Below, piece by piece: positions 19,474 through 28,473 of a DNA stretch of 32,000 nt. How positions within the stretch are numbered: position 1 is the stretch's first letter; every line of letters begins with the position of its first letter. Under the pieces are notes generated by a model. The model saw only the letters and a program-made list of their open reading frames with translations. It searched no databases and was not told the origin of the DNA. Where the stretch lies: positions 420,001-452,000 of the forward strand of contig NZ_CP046533.1 in assembly GCF_014857065.1 (NCBI RefSeq), given 5' to 3'. A program made the translations under genes and the position numbers. Origin of the DNA: Candidatus Saccharimonadota bacterium. GTDB lineage: Bacteria; Pseudomonadota; Gammaproteobacteria; Enterobacterales; Enterobacteriaceae.

Positions 19474-20550
19474 TCAAAAACGTCTACACAACATAACAAA
19501 TCCACACATAACCAAAACTATTACATTTGATAATATCATACCAAGCACTGGTCTGATATTATACATTACACTTAACATTCCCCATATTCTATCAAAAATA
19601 TAAAATAAAAAACTAAAAATAATACCAAAAAACAATCTTACACTCATTTCCATATTACGAAATAAACCTAAAACACAAGACATACCAAACATTATCATAA
19701 CAAAAGAAAAAAACGGTAAAAAAATCTTATTCCAAAAATGTAATTTATAAAAATTAGAAAATTGACTATTTTGATCAAGATATTTTATATAATTAAACAG
19801 CAAAAAAACAGAAAAAGAACTAAGTTTCATAGACGAAGCTTGTATTATATCAGGTTGCAAATCAACCTCCCAGACAATACTAGGATGCTTGCTATTAACA
19901 ATATGATCCATATTGATAATATTTAACTCATCAACATTAAATAACATCCAAGATGTACCATCAAACAATGCATACTTCGCATAACGTATCATCCTTAATT
20001 GCATTTCATCATTAAAACAATAAATATTTACATGAAATAATTCATCCTTATTCATTACTTGTTTAATAAAAATAAAATCATTTTTATTCTTAATCCATAA
20101 ATTATTCTTTATGCCAAAGTTAACATCATTATGAATTAAGCGAACACGAAAAAAATATAAAAATTGATCACTTAATGGCACTATACATTCACTAATAATT
20201 ATTATAAAAAACATCATAAAAACAGAAATTTTAGATATTATTGCAACCATCCGTACATATCCAAACCCAAACGATTCTATAATAAGCAATTCATTACGAC
20301 GAGATAATAAACCAAAACCAGACAAAGTACCTAACAATACACCAATAGGAAAAAATGTATCAATATCTTTAGGAATATTTGATATAACACAAATAAATGC
20401 CATCAAAAAAGAACAATAATCATCTCCTATTTTACGTAATTCATCAACTAACTTAACTAAACTAGACAAAGATATTAATACAAAAAATGTCATACATGTG
20501 GCGTTGAAAATAATCTTAATAAGATAACGATCTAGAATAGAAAACATCAA
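19474..20550 (-). CDS. lptG: LPS export ABC transporter permease LptG
   Basis: The 358-aa ORF contains MMFSILDRYLIKIIFNATCMTFFVLISLSSLVKLVDELRK (E. coli MQPFGVLDRYIGKTIFTTIMMTLFMLVSLSGIIKFVDQLKK). It lies 14 nt downstream of lptF. Confidence 0.92.
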   Translation of the reverse strand: MMFSILDRYLIKIIFNATCMTFFVLISLSSLVKLVDELRKIGDDYCSFLMAFICVISNIPKDIDTFFPIGVLLGTLSGFGLLSRRNELLIIESFGFGYVRMVAIISKISVFMMFFIIIISECIVPLSDQFLYFFRVRLIHNDVNFGIKNNLWIKNKNDFIFIKQVMNKDELFHVNIYCFNDEMQLRMIRYAKYALFDGTSWMLFNVDELNIINMDHIVNSKHPSIVWEVDLQPDIIQASSMKLSSFSVFLLFNYIKYLDQNSQFSNFYKLHFWNKIFLPFFSFVMIMFGMSCVLGLFRNMEMSVRLFFGIIFSFLFYIFDRIWGMLSVMYNIRPVLGMILSNVIVLVMCGFVMLCRRF

Positions 20551-20564
20551 AAAAACACACCTCC

Positions 20565-21671
20565 CTATACTTTTAAAAATTTCTCACTCATCTTACATGT
20601 AACCACAAAATCATTATAATTTATCGCTAAAAATATAATGCAATATACTATATTAGTTAACCAAATAAATAATACCAAATGATCAAGATTATTTTTAACT
20701 CCATAAAATCTCAAACTAACCTGTAACGTAAAGAAAAAAAAATACAATATTAATCCAAATGACCAACTCATTAAAGAATATTTATGCAAGCAACTAACTG
20801 ACAAAGACGTGGCAATCATAGACATAATCCATACTGAAATAATCAGAGTAAATCTCCAATGTAATTCAACATTAGCTTCTAATGTTCCTGCATCCCACAA
20901 TTCATGAATACTCATTTGATCAACTTTAATGGAACGATAAATTCTTTTACTAGAGGTTAATAATAATTTATATTTAAAAAAATTAGTTACAAAAAAATTA
21001 CTAAAAACATCAGTATCTTTAAACCATTCATAATAAACACCATCATTTAAAACCAAATACTCATCACCATTCTGTAAATGATCAATGAAACCCATATGAG
21101 CAGATATTAATGAAGAAACATTATTACCAATTGGTTGAAATTTAACTATAAAAATATTTTTAAAGTAAAATTTTTTTTTAATATCACTAATAAAAAACAA
21201 CAAATATCTTTTATCTAAAAAATAAAACTTACCTGAAATTATATTCAAAGCACTAAAACGATATTTAAGATCAAACAAAAATTTATCACGATAATATGAA
21301 GACCATGGAGAAACCCAAAAAATATGAACAGCTAAAAAAACAACAATAAAAATAGTAAATATTGATACCGTACGCATAATATAGAATTTACCCAATCCAC
21401 AAGTATATATCCCAATAATTTCATGCTCCATATAAAAATTTTTAAAAGTTATTAATAATCCTAAAAACAAACTAAATGGTAAAATAAATTTTAAAACATC
21501 TACTAAACTCAAGAAAACTAAAAAAAATATATAAAATATTGAAACATTATTTTCTACCAAAATACTCAAAACTTTTACAAATTTTTGACAAAAAAATACA
21601 ACCAATAATACTAAAAATATAATTAATTGATTTTTCAATATTGCTTTTATTAAATATCTAGTAATAATCAC
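20565..21671 (-). CDS. lptF: LPS export ABC transporter permease LptF
   Basis: Homology to E. coli LptF (MIIIRYLVRETLKSQLAILFILLLIFFCQKLV) begins at the GTG at 21671, giving (M)IITRYLIKAILKNQLIIFLVLLVVFFCQKFV. The track ORF starts at a TTG 19 codons upstream (21728). It is divergent from pepA as in E. coli. Confidence 0.9.
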   Translation of the reverse strand: MIITRYLIKAILKNQLIIFLVLLVVFFCQKFVKVLSILVENNVSIFYIFFLVFLSLVDVLKFILPFSLFLGLLITFKNFYMEHEIIGIYTCGLGKFYIMRTVSIFTIFIVVFLAVHIFWVSPWSSYYRDKFLFDLKYRFSALNIISGKFYFLDKRYLLFFISDIKKKFYFKNIFIVKFQPIGNNVSSLISAHMGFIDHLQNGDEYLVLNDGVYYEWFKDTDVFSNFFVTNFFKYKLLLTSSKRIYRSIKVDQMSIHELWDAGTLEANVELHWRFTLIISVWIMSMIATSLSVSCLHKYSLMSWSFGLILYFFFFTLQVSLRFYGVKNNLDHLVLFIWLTNIVYCIIFLAINYNDFVVTCKMSEKFLKV

Positions 21672-21772
21672 GCGTAATCCTGTATAATAATATAAAATAA
21701 AGTATAGGATATTTAAATACTCAAGCAAAAATTAAAACCATCAATTTAACCTTTTATAGATCCAAGGAAAAC

Positions 21773-23299
21773 ATGAAATTTAGCACAAAAAGAATCAATC
21801 TAAAAAAAGAAAGCAATGTCTGTATCATAATTAGTGTATTTGAAAAACAGCAATTAACTCTATCAGGAAAAAAAATTGATGACATAAGTGGAGGATACAT
21901 TAGTTCTATACTAGAATGGAGCAATTTTACAGGAAAAATAGGACAAAAACTATTTTTATACGATATTCCTAATTTTCTATATAAGCATATTTTATTAATC
22001 GGATGTGGGAAAAATCTCATTTTAAAAGATAAAGAATACAAAAAGATAATAAGACAATTAAATGGAAGTCTACAAAATGTAAATTTTGCTAAAACAATTT
22101 GTTTCCTAGACGAACTTAATGTAATAGACCGTAATCGATATTGGAAAATACGTCAAATTATAGAAACCATTCATGAATCCTTATATAATTTTCAACAATT
22201 CAAAACTAAAAATAAAAAAAGTGACTACAAACTAAACGAACTGATATTTCAAGAACCAAAAGAAGAATCACTCAGAAAAGAAACGCTGCTAGCTATTCAT
22301 CACGGTTACATAATTGGAAAAAATATAAAACTTACAAAAGATTTAGCTAATACACCACCAAATATTTGCAATCCAGTTTACTTAATGAATAAAGTAAAAG
22401 AAATGGCGGCAAAATACAAAAATAAAATTTCTATACAATTTATAGATGAAGAAGAAATGCAAAATTTAGGTATGACTGCCTATTTAGCAGTAGGACAAGG
22501 TTCAAATAATGAAACACTAATGTCAATAATCAAATATCAGGGAAATTCCGATCCTAATCATCAACCTATTGTTTTTATAGGCAAAGGGGTAACCTTTGAT
22601 TCCGGCGGCATCTCTATTAAACCATCGGATAAATTAGACGAAATGAAATATGACATGTGCGGCGCTGCCACAACATACAGTATATTAAATTTAGCAGCAG
22701 AACTTAACTTACCTCTAAATATAATTGGTATTCTTGCCACCTGTGAAAATATGATAAATGGAAATTCCTTACGTCCAGGAGACATTTTATCTTCTTTATC
22801 AGGAAAAACTATAGAAATAATAAACACAGATGCAGAAGGACGTTTAATTCTATGTGATGTACTAACCTACATTGAACGATTTAAACCTGAAACAGTAATT
22901 GACATAGCTACCCTAACTGGAGCATGCATAATTGCATTAGGGCATCATTACACTGCTTTAATGACCAATTTTCAACCTCTAGCTAATGAATTGATCTTAG
23001 CCTCAAGACAATCTGGAGATAAAGTATGGCAATTACCATTGGCAACAGAATTTCAAAAACAACTACAATCCAATTGTGCAGACATAGCCAATATAGGAGA
23101 TAAAACAGCAGGAGCAATAACAGCAGGATGTTTTCTAGCTGAATTTACTAATAAATATCATTGGGTACATTTAGATATTGCTGGAACTGCATGGATACCC
23201 CAACCAAACAAAAATGCAACAGGAAGACCAGTAGCATTACTTGCTCAATTCTTAATTAATAGATCCAAATTAATAGAAGAAAAAACTCAAAAAATTTAA
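21773..23299 (+). CDS. pepA: Leucyl (cytosol) aminopeptidase PepA, M17 family
   Basis: The 508-aa ORF contains GKGVTFDSGGISIKP, MKYDMCGAA and NTDAEGRLILCDVLTY and aligns with E. coli PepA throughout. An AAGGA Shine-Dalgarno motif lies upstream. Confidence 0.96.
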   Translation: MKFSTKRINLKKESNVCIIISVFEKQQLTLSGKKIDDISGGYISSILEWSNFTGKIGQKLFLYDIPNFLYKHILLIGCGKNLILKDKEYKKIIRQLNGSLQNVNFAKTICFLDELNVIDRNRYWKIRQIIETIHESLYNFQQFKTKNKKSDYKLNELIFQEPKEESLRKETLLAIHHGYIIGKNIKLTKDLANTPPNICNPVYLMNKVKEMAAKYKNKISIQFIDEEEMQNLGMTAYLAVGQGSNNETLMSIIKYQGNSDPNHQPIVFIGKGVTFDSGGISIKPSDKLDEMKYDMCGAATTYSILNLAAELNLPLNIIGILATCENMINGNSLRPGDILSSLSGKTIEIINTDAEGRLILCDVLTYIERFKPETVIDIATLTGACIIALGHHYTALMTNFQPLANELILASRQSGDKVWQLPLATEFQKQLQSNCADIANIGDKTAGAITAGCFLAEFTNKYHWVHLDIAGTAWIPQPNKNATGRPVALLAQFLINRSKLIEEKTQKI

Positions 23300-23322
23300 A
23301 AAATGTAATAAGATATTATTGA

Positions 23323-23781
23323 ATGAAAATAGTAACCTTTTATGTGCTTGATACAAACACCACAAAAAATGGATTAACTACTCTAGAAAAATTAGCATGC
23401 AAAATAACAATCATGAAGTGGCGAGAAGGGAAAAATATACTTATAGCATGCGATAACGACGATCAAGCATCAAAAATAGATTTAGCACTATGGATGTATG
23501 AAGTTGATGCCTTTATACCACATAATTTGATCGAAAAAAAAGAAATGATAATATGCAAAACATCAATTTACATATGTTATACACCTCATAAAATAGACGA
23601 ATCACGCAATTTATTAATTAATATGGTTACAAAAAACATAAAATTCTCTAAATTTTTTGATAATATAATAGAATTTGTTCCTCATGACAAATATCTAAAA
23701 GATTGGGCTCGCAAACGTTATCAGGAATATCGTAACATTGGAGCTAAACTACTTACGGTCAAAATAAATGAAAAAAAATAA
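23323..23781 (+). CDS. holC: DNA polymerase III chi subunit HolC
   Basis: The 152-aa ORF contains MKIVTFYVLD...GLTTLEKLACKI...WREGKNILIAC...FIPHNL...IEFVPHD...ARKRYQEYR (E. coli MKNATFYLLD...RWRSGKRVLIAC...FVPHNL...VDFVPYE...ARERYKAYR). It lies between pepA and valS. Confidence 0.9.
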   Translation: MKIVTFYVLDTNTTKNGLTTLEKLACKITIMKWREGKNILIACDNDDQASKIDLALWMYEVDAFIPHNLIEKKEMIICKTSIYICYTPHKIDESRNLLINMVTKNIKFSKFFDNIIEFVPHDKYLKDWARKRYQEYRNIGAKLLTVKINEKK

Positions 23782-26665
23782 TTTCTCAATAAATAAAAAA
23801 TATAATCCACAAAACATAGAACAACCTTTATATAAATTATGGGAAAAGAGAAAATATTTTTCATTTAACAATGATAATTTACGTAAAGAAAATTATTGTA
23901 TTATGATACCTCCACCTAATATAACAGGTACCCTACATTTAGGACATGCCTTACAATATAGCATTATTGATATATTAATCCGTTATAAAAGAATGTCAGG
24001 CAATAATACTTTATGGCAAACTGGCACAGATCACGCAGGAATTGCTACTGAAATAATAGTAGAAAATAAAACCTTCCTCGAAGAAGGTAAAACTCGTCTT
24101 GAATATAAAAAGGAAGAATTCATAAAAAAAATATGGAAATGGCAGCAACAATCCACAACTACTATCAATAATCAGATGAGAAGATTAGGAAATTCAGTAG
24201 ATTGGGAACGCGAAAGATTTACTATGGACGCAGAAATGTCAAATGCAGTAAGAGAAGTTTTTATTCAACTGTATCAAGAAAACTTAATTTATCGAGGAAA
24301 GAAGCTAGTTAATTGGGATTCTAAATTACAAACAGTTATATCTGATCTAGAAATAGAAAATAAAAAAACACAAGGTTTAATGTGGTATATATGCTACCCA
24401 TTAGCAAATAAAGAAAGCACTGAAAAAAATGTAGATTATATAGTAGTAGCTACCACTCGTCCAGAAACCATATTAGGGGATACAGCTATAGCGGTTAATC
24501 CCATGGATGAACGATACAAAAATTTAGTTGGTAAATATGTAACAATACCAATTATAAATGACAAAATACCAATTATTACTGACGAAATAATTGATATGCA
24601 GCAGGGAACAGGCTGTGTTAAGATTACTCCTGCCCATAATTTTAACGATCATACAATAGCTTTAAAACACAAATTACCAATGATAAATATTTTTACAAAC
24701 AATGGATGTATTTGTCAAAAAGCTGAAATATTTGAATACGAAGGAAATACCAACAAGAATCTTACTAATAGAAAAATACCAAAATATTTGCAAGGATTAA
24801 CAAAAAACGAAGCTCGCAAAAAAATAATAGAAAAGATAATTGAACTTAAATTATTAAAAACAACAAAACCTCATGAGTCAATAATACCTTACAGTGAACG
24901 AAGTGGAATAATAATTGAACCAATGTTAACTAATCAATGGTATATAAGAGCTAAAAATTTAGCTCACACTGCCATACAAGCTGTAAAAGTTGGAAAAATA
25001 AATTTCTTACCAAAAAAATATGAAAAAGTTTATTTTGATTGGATGTATAATATTCAAGATTGGTGTATTTCTCGTCAAATTTGGTGGGGACATACCATTC
25101 CTGCTTGGTATGATAATTTTGGAAATGTCTACGTAGGACGCAATGAAAGAGAAATAAGGAATAAATTTAAATTCGATAAAAACATCAATTTAACACAAGA
25201 TGAAGATGTATTAGACACATGGTTTTCCTCTAGTCTGTGGACATTTGCCGCTTTAGGATGGCCTAAAAATAATTCTTTATTACAAGCGTGTCACCCAACT
25301 AATATAATAATTAGTGGTTTTGATATTATTTTTTTTTGGATAGCACGCATGATCATGTTAACTATGTATATAATCAAAGACGAATACGGAACACCACAAA
25401 TACCATTCAAAACAATTTACATAACCGGATTAGTTCGTGATGAAATAGGACAAAAAATGTCTAAATCAAAAGGAAATGTTATAGATCCATTAGACATAAT
25501 AGATGGCATTTCTATAAGTAATTTAATTAAGAAACGCACCACTAATATGTTACAACCAAAAATTACTAAAAAAATAAAAGATTTAACTAAGAAAAAATTC
25601 CCATATGGAATTAAAGCATATGGAGCGGACGCCTTGCGTTTTACCATGGCAGCTCTATCATCAACAGGGCGAGATATTATTTGGGACATGCAACGTTTAG
25701 AAGGTTATCGTAACTTCTGTAACAAAATTTGGAACGCAAGTCGTTTTGTAATCATAAATACAGAAAACCAAGACTGTGGTTTCAATGGTAGCCATAAAAA
25801 GTTTTCTTTGGTAGATCGTTGGATATCTACAAAATTTAATCAAACTGTAAAAGCATTTAGAGAACAACTAGATAAATGCCGTTTCGATCATGCAGCCAAT
25901 ATATTACACGAATTTGCTTGGCATCAATTCTGTGATTGGTATTTAGAATTTACTAAAACTATACTTAATCAAGGATCTATAGAGGAATTATGTGGAACTC
26001 GTTATACACTGATAACTATATTAGAATCATTACTACGTTTAGCTCATCCAATTATTCCGTTTATCACAGAAGCGATATGGCAAAAAATAATAAAAATAAT
26101 AAGAAACAAAAAGAATAATAACAAGGAAGAAGATAGTATCATGATACAACCATTTCCTAAATTTGATGCATCTATTTTAGATTTCAAAGCCCTTTCTGAT
26201 ATAGATTGGATAAGAGATATTATTACAGAAATACGCACAATAAAAAATAATTTTAAAATATCAACCCAAAAATCCCTCTCAATAATAATGCGTTATAAAT
26301 CAATAGAAGCTAAAAATAAAATAATTGATAATTTACAATTTATCTTAAATATGATTAATTTAAACAACATAACTTTATTAACTGCAAACGAACATAATCC
26401 ACCATCTTTATCCTTTGTGGTAAAACAGGATCTCGATATTCTCGTTCCCATAGAATTATTCGATAAACAAACTGAATTAATTAGATTAAATAAAGATATA
26501 GCAAATCTTGAAAAAAAAATACTTAATACAATGAATAAATTAAACAATAAAAATTATATTTCTAATGCACCAAAAAACATAATACTGAAAGAAAAAGAAA
26601 AATTAAAAAACTACCAGGAAAAAAAAATACAGATAATAAAACAAAAAACGCTGATATTAACATAA
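23768..26665 (+). CDS. valS: Valine--tRNA ligase ValS
   Basis: The 965-aa ORF has the HIGH motif (PPPNITGTLHLGHA), the KMSKS motif (KMSKSKGN) and a C-terminal coiled coil. Its start overlaps the holC 3' end by 14 nt. Confidence 0.97.
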   Translation: MKKNNFSINKKYNPQNIEQPLYKLWEKRKYFSFNNDNLRKENYCIMIPPPNITGTLHLGHALQYSIIDILIRYKRMSGNNTLWQTGTDHAGIATEIIVENKTFLEEGKTRLEYKKEEFIKKIWKWQQQSTTTINNQMRRLGNSVDWERERFTMDAEMSNAVREVFIQLYQENLIYRGKKLVNWDSKLQTVISDLEIENKKTQGLMWYICYPLANKESTEKNVDYIVVATTRPETILGDTAIAVNPMDERYKNLVGKYVTIPIINDKIPIITDEIIDMQQGTGCVKITPAHNFNDHTIALKHKLPMINIFTNNGCICQKAEIFEYEGNTNKNLTNRKIPKYLQGLTKNEARKKIIEKIIELKLLKTTKPHESIIPYSERSGIIIEPMLTNQWYIRAKNLAHTAIQAVKVGKINFLPKKYEKVYFDWMYNIQDWCISRQIWWGHTIPAWYDNFGNVYVGRNEREIRNKFKFDKNINLTQDEDVLDTWFSSSLWTFAALGWPKNNSLLQACHPTNIIISGFDIIFFWIARMIMLTMYIIKDEYGTPQIPFKTIYITGLVRDEIGQKMSKSKGNVIDPLDIIDGISISNLIKKRTTNMLQPKITKKIKDLTKKKFPYGIKAYGADALRFTMAALSSTGRDIIWDMQRLEGYRNFCNKIWNASRFVIINTENQDCGFNGSHKKFSLVDRWISTKFNQTVKAFREQLDKCRFDHAANILHEFAWHQFCDWYLEFTKTILNQGSIEELCGTRYTLITILESLLRLAHPIIPFITEAIWQKIIKIIRNKKNNNKEEDSIMIQPFPKFDASILDFKALSDIDWIRDIITEIRTIKNNFKISTQKSLSIIMRYKSIEAKNKIIDNLQFILNMINLNNITLLTANEHNPPSLSFVVKQDLDILVPIELFDKQTELIRLNKDIANLEKKILNTMNKLNNKNYISNAPKNIILKEKEKLKNYQEKKIQIIKQKTLILT

Positions 26666-26820
26666 TTTATACAATCATGTTCAATAACCTTTTTATTTAT
26701 GATATATCAATTAAAACTATTTACAATGAATTTCTAATTTAATATTCTTAATCAAAGATAAATTTGTTACTAAAACAATTTATGAAACTTAAATAAAATT
26801 TCACAAAATCATGAGAAAAT

Positions 26821-27831
26821 ATGAACAACTTATATCAAAGATCCTTCACAAGACTAATGGACTGTTCAAGTGACGAAATTAATCAATTGATAACATTAGC
26901 TTTTAATCTAAAAAGACAAAGGCAAATAAAACAAGAAATTCAACACTTAGTAAATAAAAACATAGTGCTTATATTTGAAAATAATTCAACTCGTACTAGG
27001 TGTTCTTTCGAAGTAGCTGCTTTTGACCAAGGAGCTCATACAACATGTTTAACTCCAAGCATTAGTCAAATTGGACATAAGGAATCCATAAAAGACACAG
27101 CCAAAATATTAGGACGTATATATGATGGTATTCAATACAGAGGATATAATCAAAATACTGTAAAAACATTTGCACAAAATGCAGGTATTCCAGTTTGGAA
27201 TGGTCTTACTGCCGAATTTCATCCAACCCAATTGCTAGCGGATTTAATGACAATGCAGGAGCAATGGCCCAATAAAACATTTAATCAAATGAAATTAGCA
27301 TATGTTGGTGATGCACGTAATAATATGGGTAATTCTTTATTAGAAGCTGCCGCATTAACTGGCATAGATTTAAGACTTGTGGCTCCAAATATTTGTTGGC
27401 CAATACAAAATTTATTTAATACGTGTAAAGAAATGGCAATATCTAACCAAGGCAATATAACACTGACAGAAGATATTGAAAAAGGAGTAAAAGATGTTGA
27501 TTTCTTATATACTGATGTATGGGTTTCTATGGGAGAAAATGAAAAAGTATGGCAAAAAAGAATTTCTTTGTTACGTGATTATCAAGTAAACAGATCAATG
27601 ATATACCAAACAGGCAATCCAAATGTAAAATTTTTACATTGTTTACCAGCATTCCACGATGATCAAACTATTGTAGGCAAAAAAATAGCTCAACAATTTC
27701 ACTTAACCGATGGTTTAGAAGTTACAAATGATATCTTTGAATCATCGTACAGTATAGTTTTTGATCAAGCAGAAAACAGATTACATACAGTAAAAGCATT
27801 AATGGTAGCTACTTTATCCCCAAACATTTAA
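26821..27831 (+). CDS. argI: Ornithine carbamoyltransferase
   Basis: The 336-aa ORF contains [32 protein letters not shown] and HCLPAFHD and is highly similar to E. coli ArgI. The argI versus argF naming is based on synteny with valS and ridA. Confidence 0.93.
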   Translation: MNNLYQRSFTRLMDCSSDEINQLITLAFNLKRQRQIKQEIQHLVNKNIVLIFENNSTRTRCSFEVAAFDQGAHTTCLTPSISQIGHKESIKDTAKILGRIYDGIQYRGYNQNTVKTFAQNAGIPVWNGLTAEFHPTQLLADLMTMQEQWPNKTFNQMKLAYVGDARNNMGNSLLEAAALTGIDLRLVAPNICWPIQNLFNTCKEMAISNQGNITLTEDIEKGVKDVDFLYTDVWVSMGENEKVWQKRISLLRDYQVNRSMIYQTGNPNVKFLHCLPAFHDDQTIVGKKIAQQFHLTDGLEVTNDIFESSYSIVFDQAENRLHTVKALMVATLSPNI

Positions 27832-27857
27832 ATTACACCAGGAAAATAAAAACAAAT

Positions 27858-28247
27858 ATGATAAAAATCTACAAAGATGGTATAAAAGAAATAACAACTT
27901 ATCCATCAGCAATAGACACAGGTAATATAATATTTATTTCTGGGCAAATTGGTATCCCTCTTAAAAAAAATAAGCAAACATTTAACTCAATTAGTTGTCA
28001 AACAAAACAAGCTTTAATAAAGATAAAAAAAATTTTAAAGAAAATTAACTTAAGAGTTGATCATATCGCTAAAGTAACTTTATTTATTACTGATATTAAT
28101 GAATTAACTACAATAAACAGTGCGTATAAAACTTTTTTTCAAAGAAACAACGCTCCTCTACCAGCTCGTTCTTGTATTGAAGTATCAAATCTACCTAAAA
28201 ATGCAGGAATAGAAATCGATGCAATCGCAATACGTCAAAACATTTAA
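27858..28247 (+). CDS. ridA: RidA (YjgF) family reactive enamine/imine deaminase
   Basis: The 129-aa ORF contains IFISGQIGI...VAKVTLFITDINELTTINSAYKTFF...PARSCIEVSNLPKNAGIEIDAIAIR (E. coli ...VKTTVFVKDLNDFATVNATYEAFF...PARSCVEVARLPKDVKIEIEAIAVR). Confidence 0.9.
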   Translation: MIKIYKDGIKEITTYPSAIDTGNIIFISGQIGIPLKKNKQTFNSISCQTKQALIKIKKILKKINLRVDHIAKVTLFITDINELTTINSAYKTFFQRNNAPLPARSCIEVSNLPKNAGIEIDAIAIRQNI

Positions 28248-28363
28248 ATTATATAAAATTAAAAATAAAATAAATACATACTAAATCTGACATCTTTCAA
28301 TTGCTTAATTCTTGTCAGTATTTAAACTTAAATTACAATCACTCAAAACTAAACCACAATCCC

Positions 28364-28388
28364 ACCGTGAACTGTCATAGTTCACGGT
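28364..28388. terminator. Perfect 10-bp stem / 5-nt loop hairpin between convergent ridA and gltP (putative bidirectional terminator)
   Basis: ACCGTGAACT-gtcat-AGTTCACGGT is a GC-containing perfect inverted repeat in an otherwise AT-only spacer, sitting between two convergent 3' ends. No clean U-tract follows on either strand, so terminator function is uncertain. Confidence 0.4.
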
Positions 28389-28473
28389 TCGAATATTTAT
28401 AAGAAGTACAAACTCAAAATTATAAAAATTAATTCCAAAATTCTTAAATCACAAAATATAGAAAATTACATCC

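Noticed and set aside
19266-19505. A 79-aa minus-strand ORF.
   Set aside because: It runs straight through the tRNA-Leu(CAA) gene and into the lptG 3' end, so it is a translation artefact of a structured RNA gene.
21672-21728. N-terminal extensions implied by the ORF track: lptF TTG at 21728, yjcE at 31880, ibaG GTG at 15287, rplM TTG at 10279, znuC ATG at 19110.
   Set aside because: In each case the alignment to the E. coli orthologue begins precisely at a downstream ATG or GTG, and the extension is non-homologous, hydrophobic or low-complexity. The shorter starts are used in the feature table and the alternatives are noted there.
26725-26760. Possible ARG boxes (ArgR operators) upstream of argI, for example AATGAATTTCTAATTTAA.
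   Set aside because: Only the TGAAT half-site matches and the partner half (ATTCA) is absent. AT-rich sequence gives many such partial matches, and argR is missing from its usual position next to degS/mdh. This is not supportable without a PWM scan.
28381-28393. A GGTTCGAAT T-loop-like motif next to the 28364-28388 hairpin, suggesting a tRNA or tRNA relic. The hairpin loop would present TCA.
   Set aside because: No acceptor, D or T stems can be drawn. Position 33 of the would-be anticodon loop is G rather than U, and the T-loop has no closing stem.
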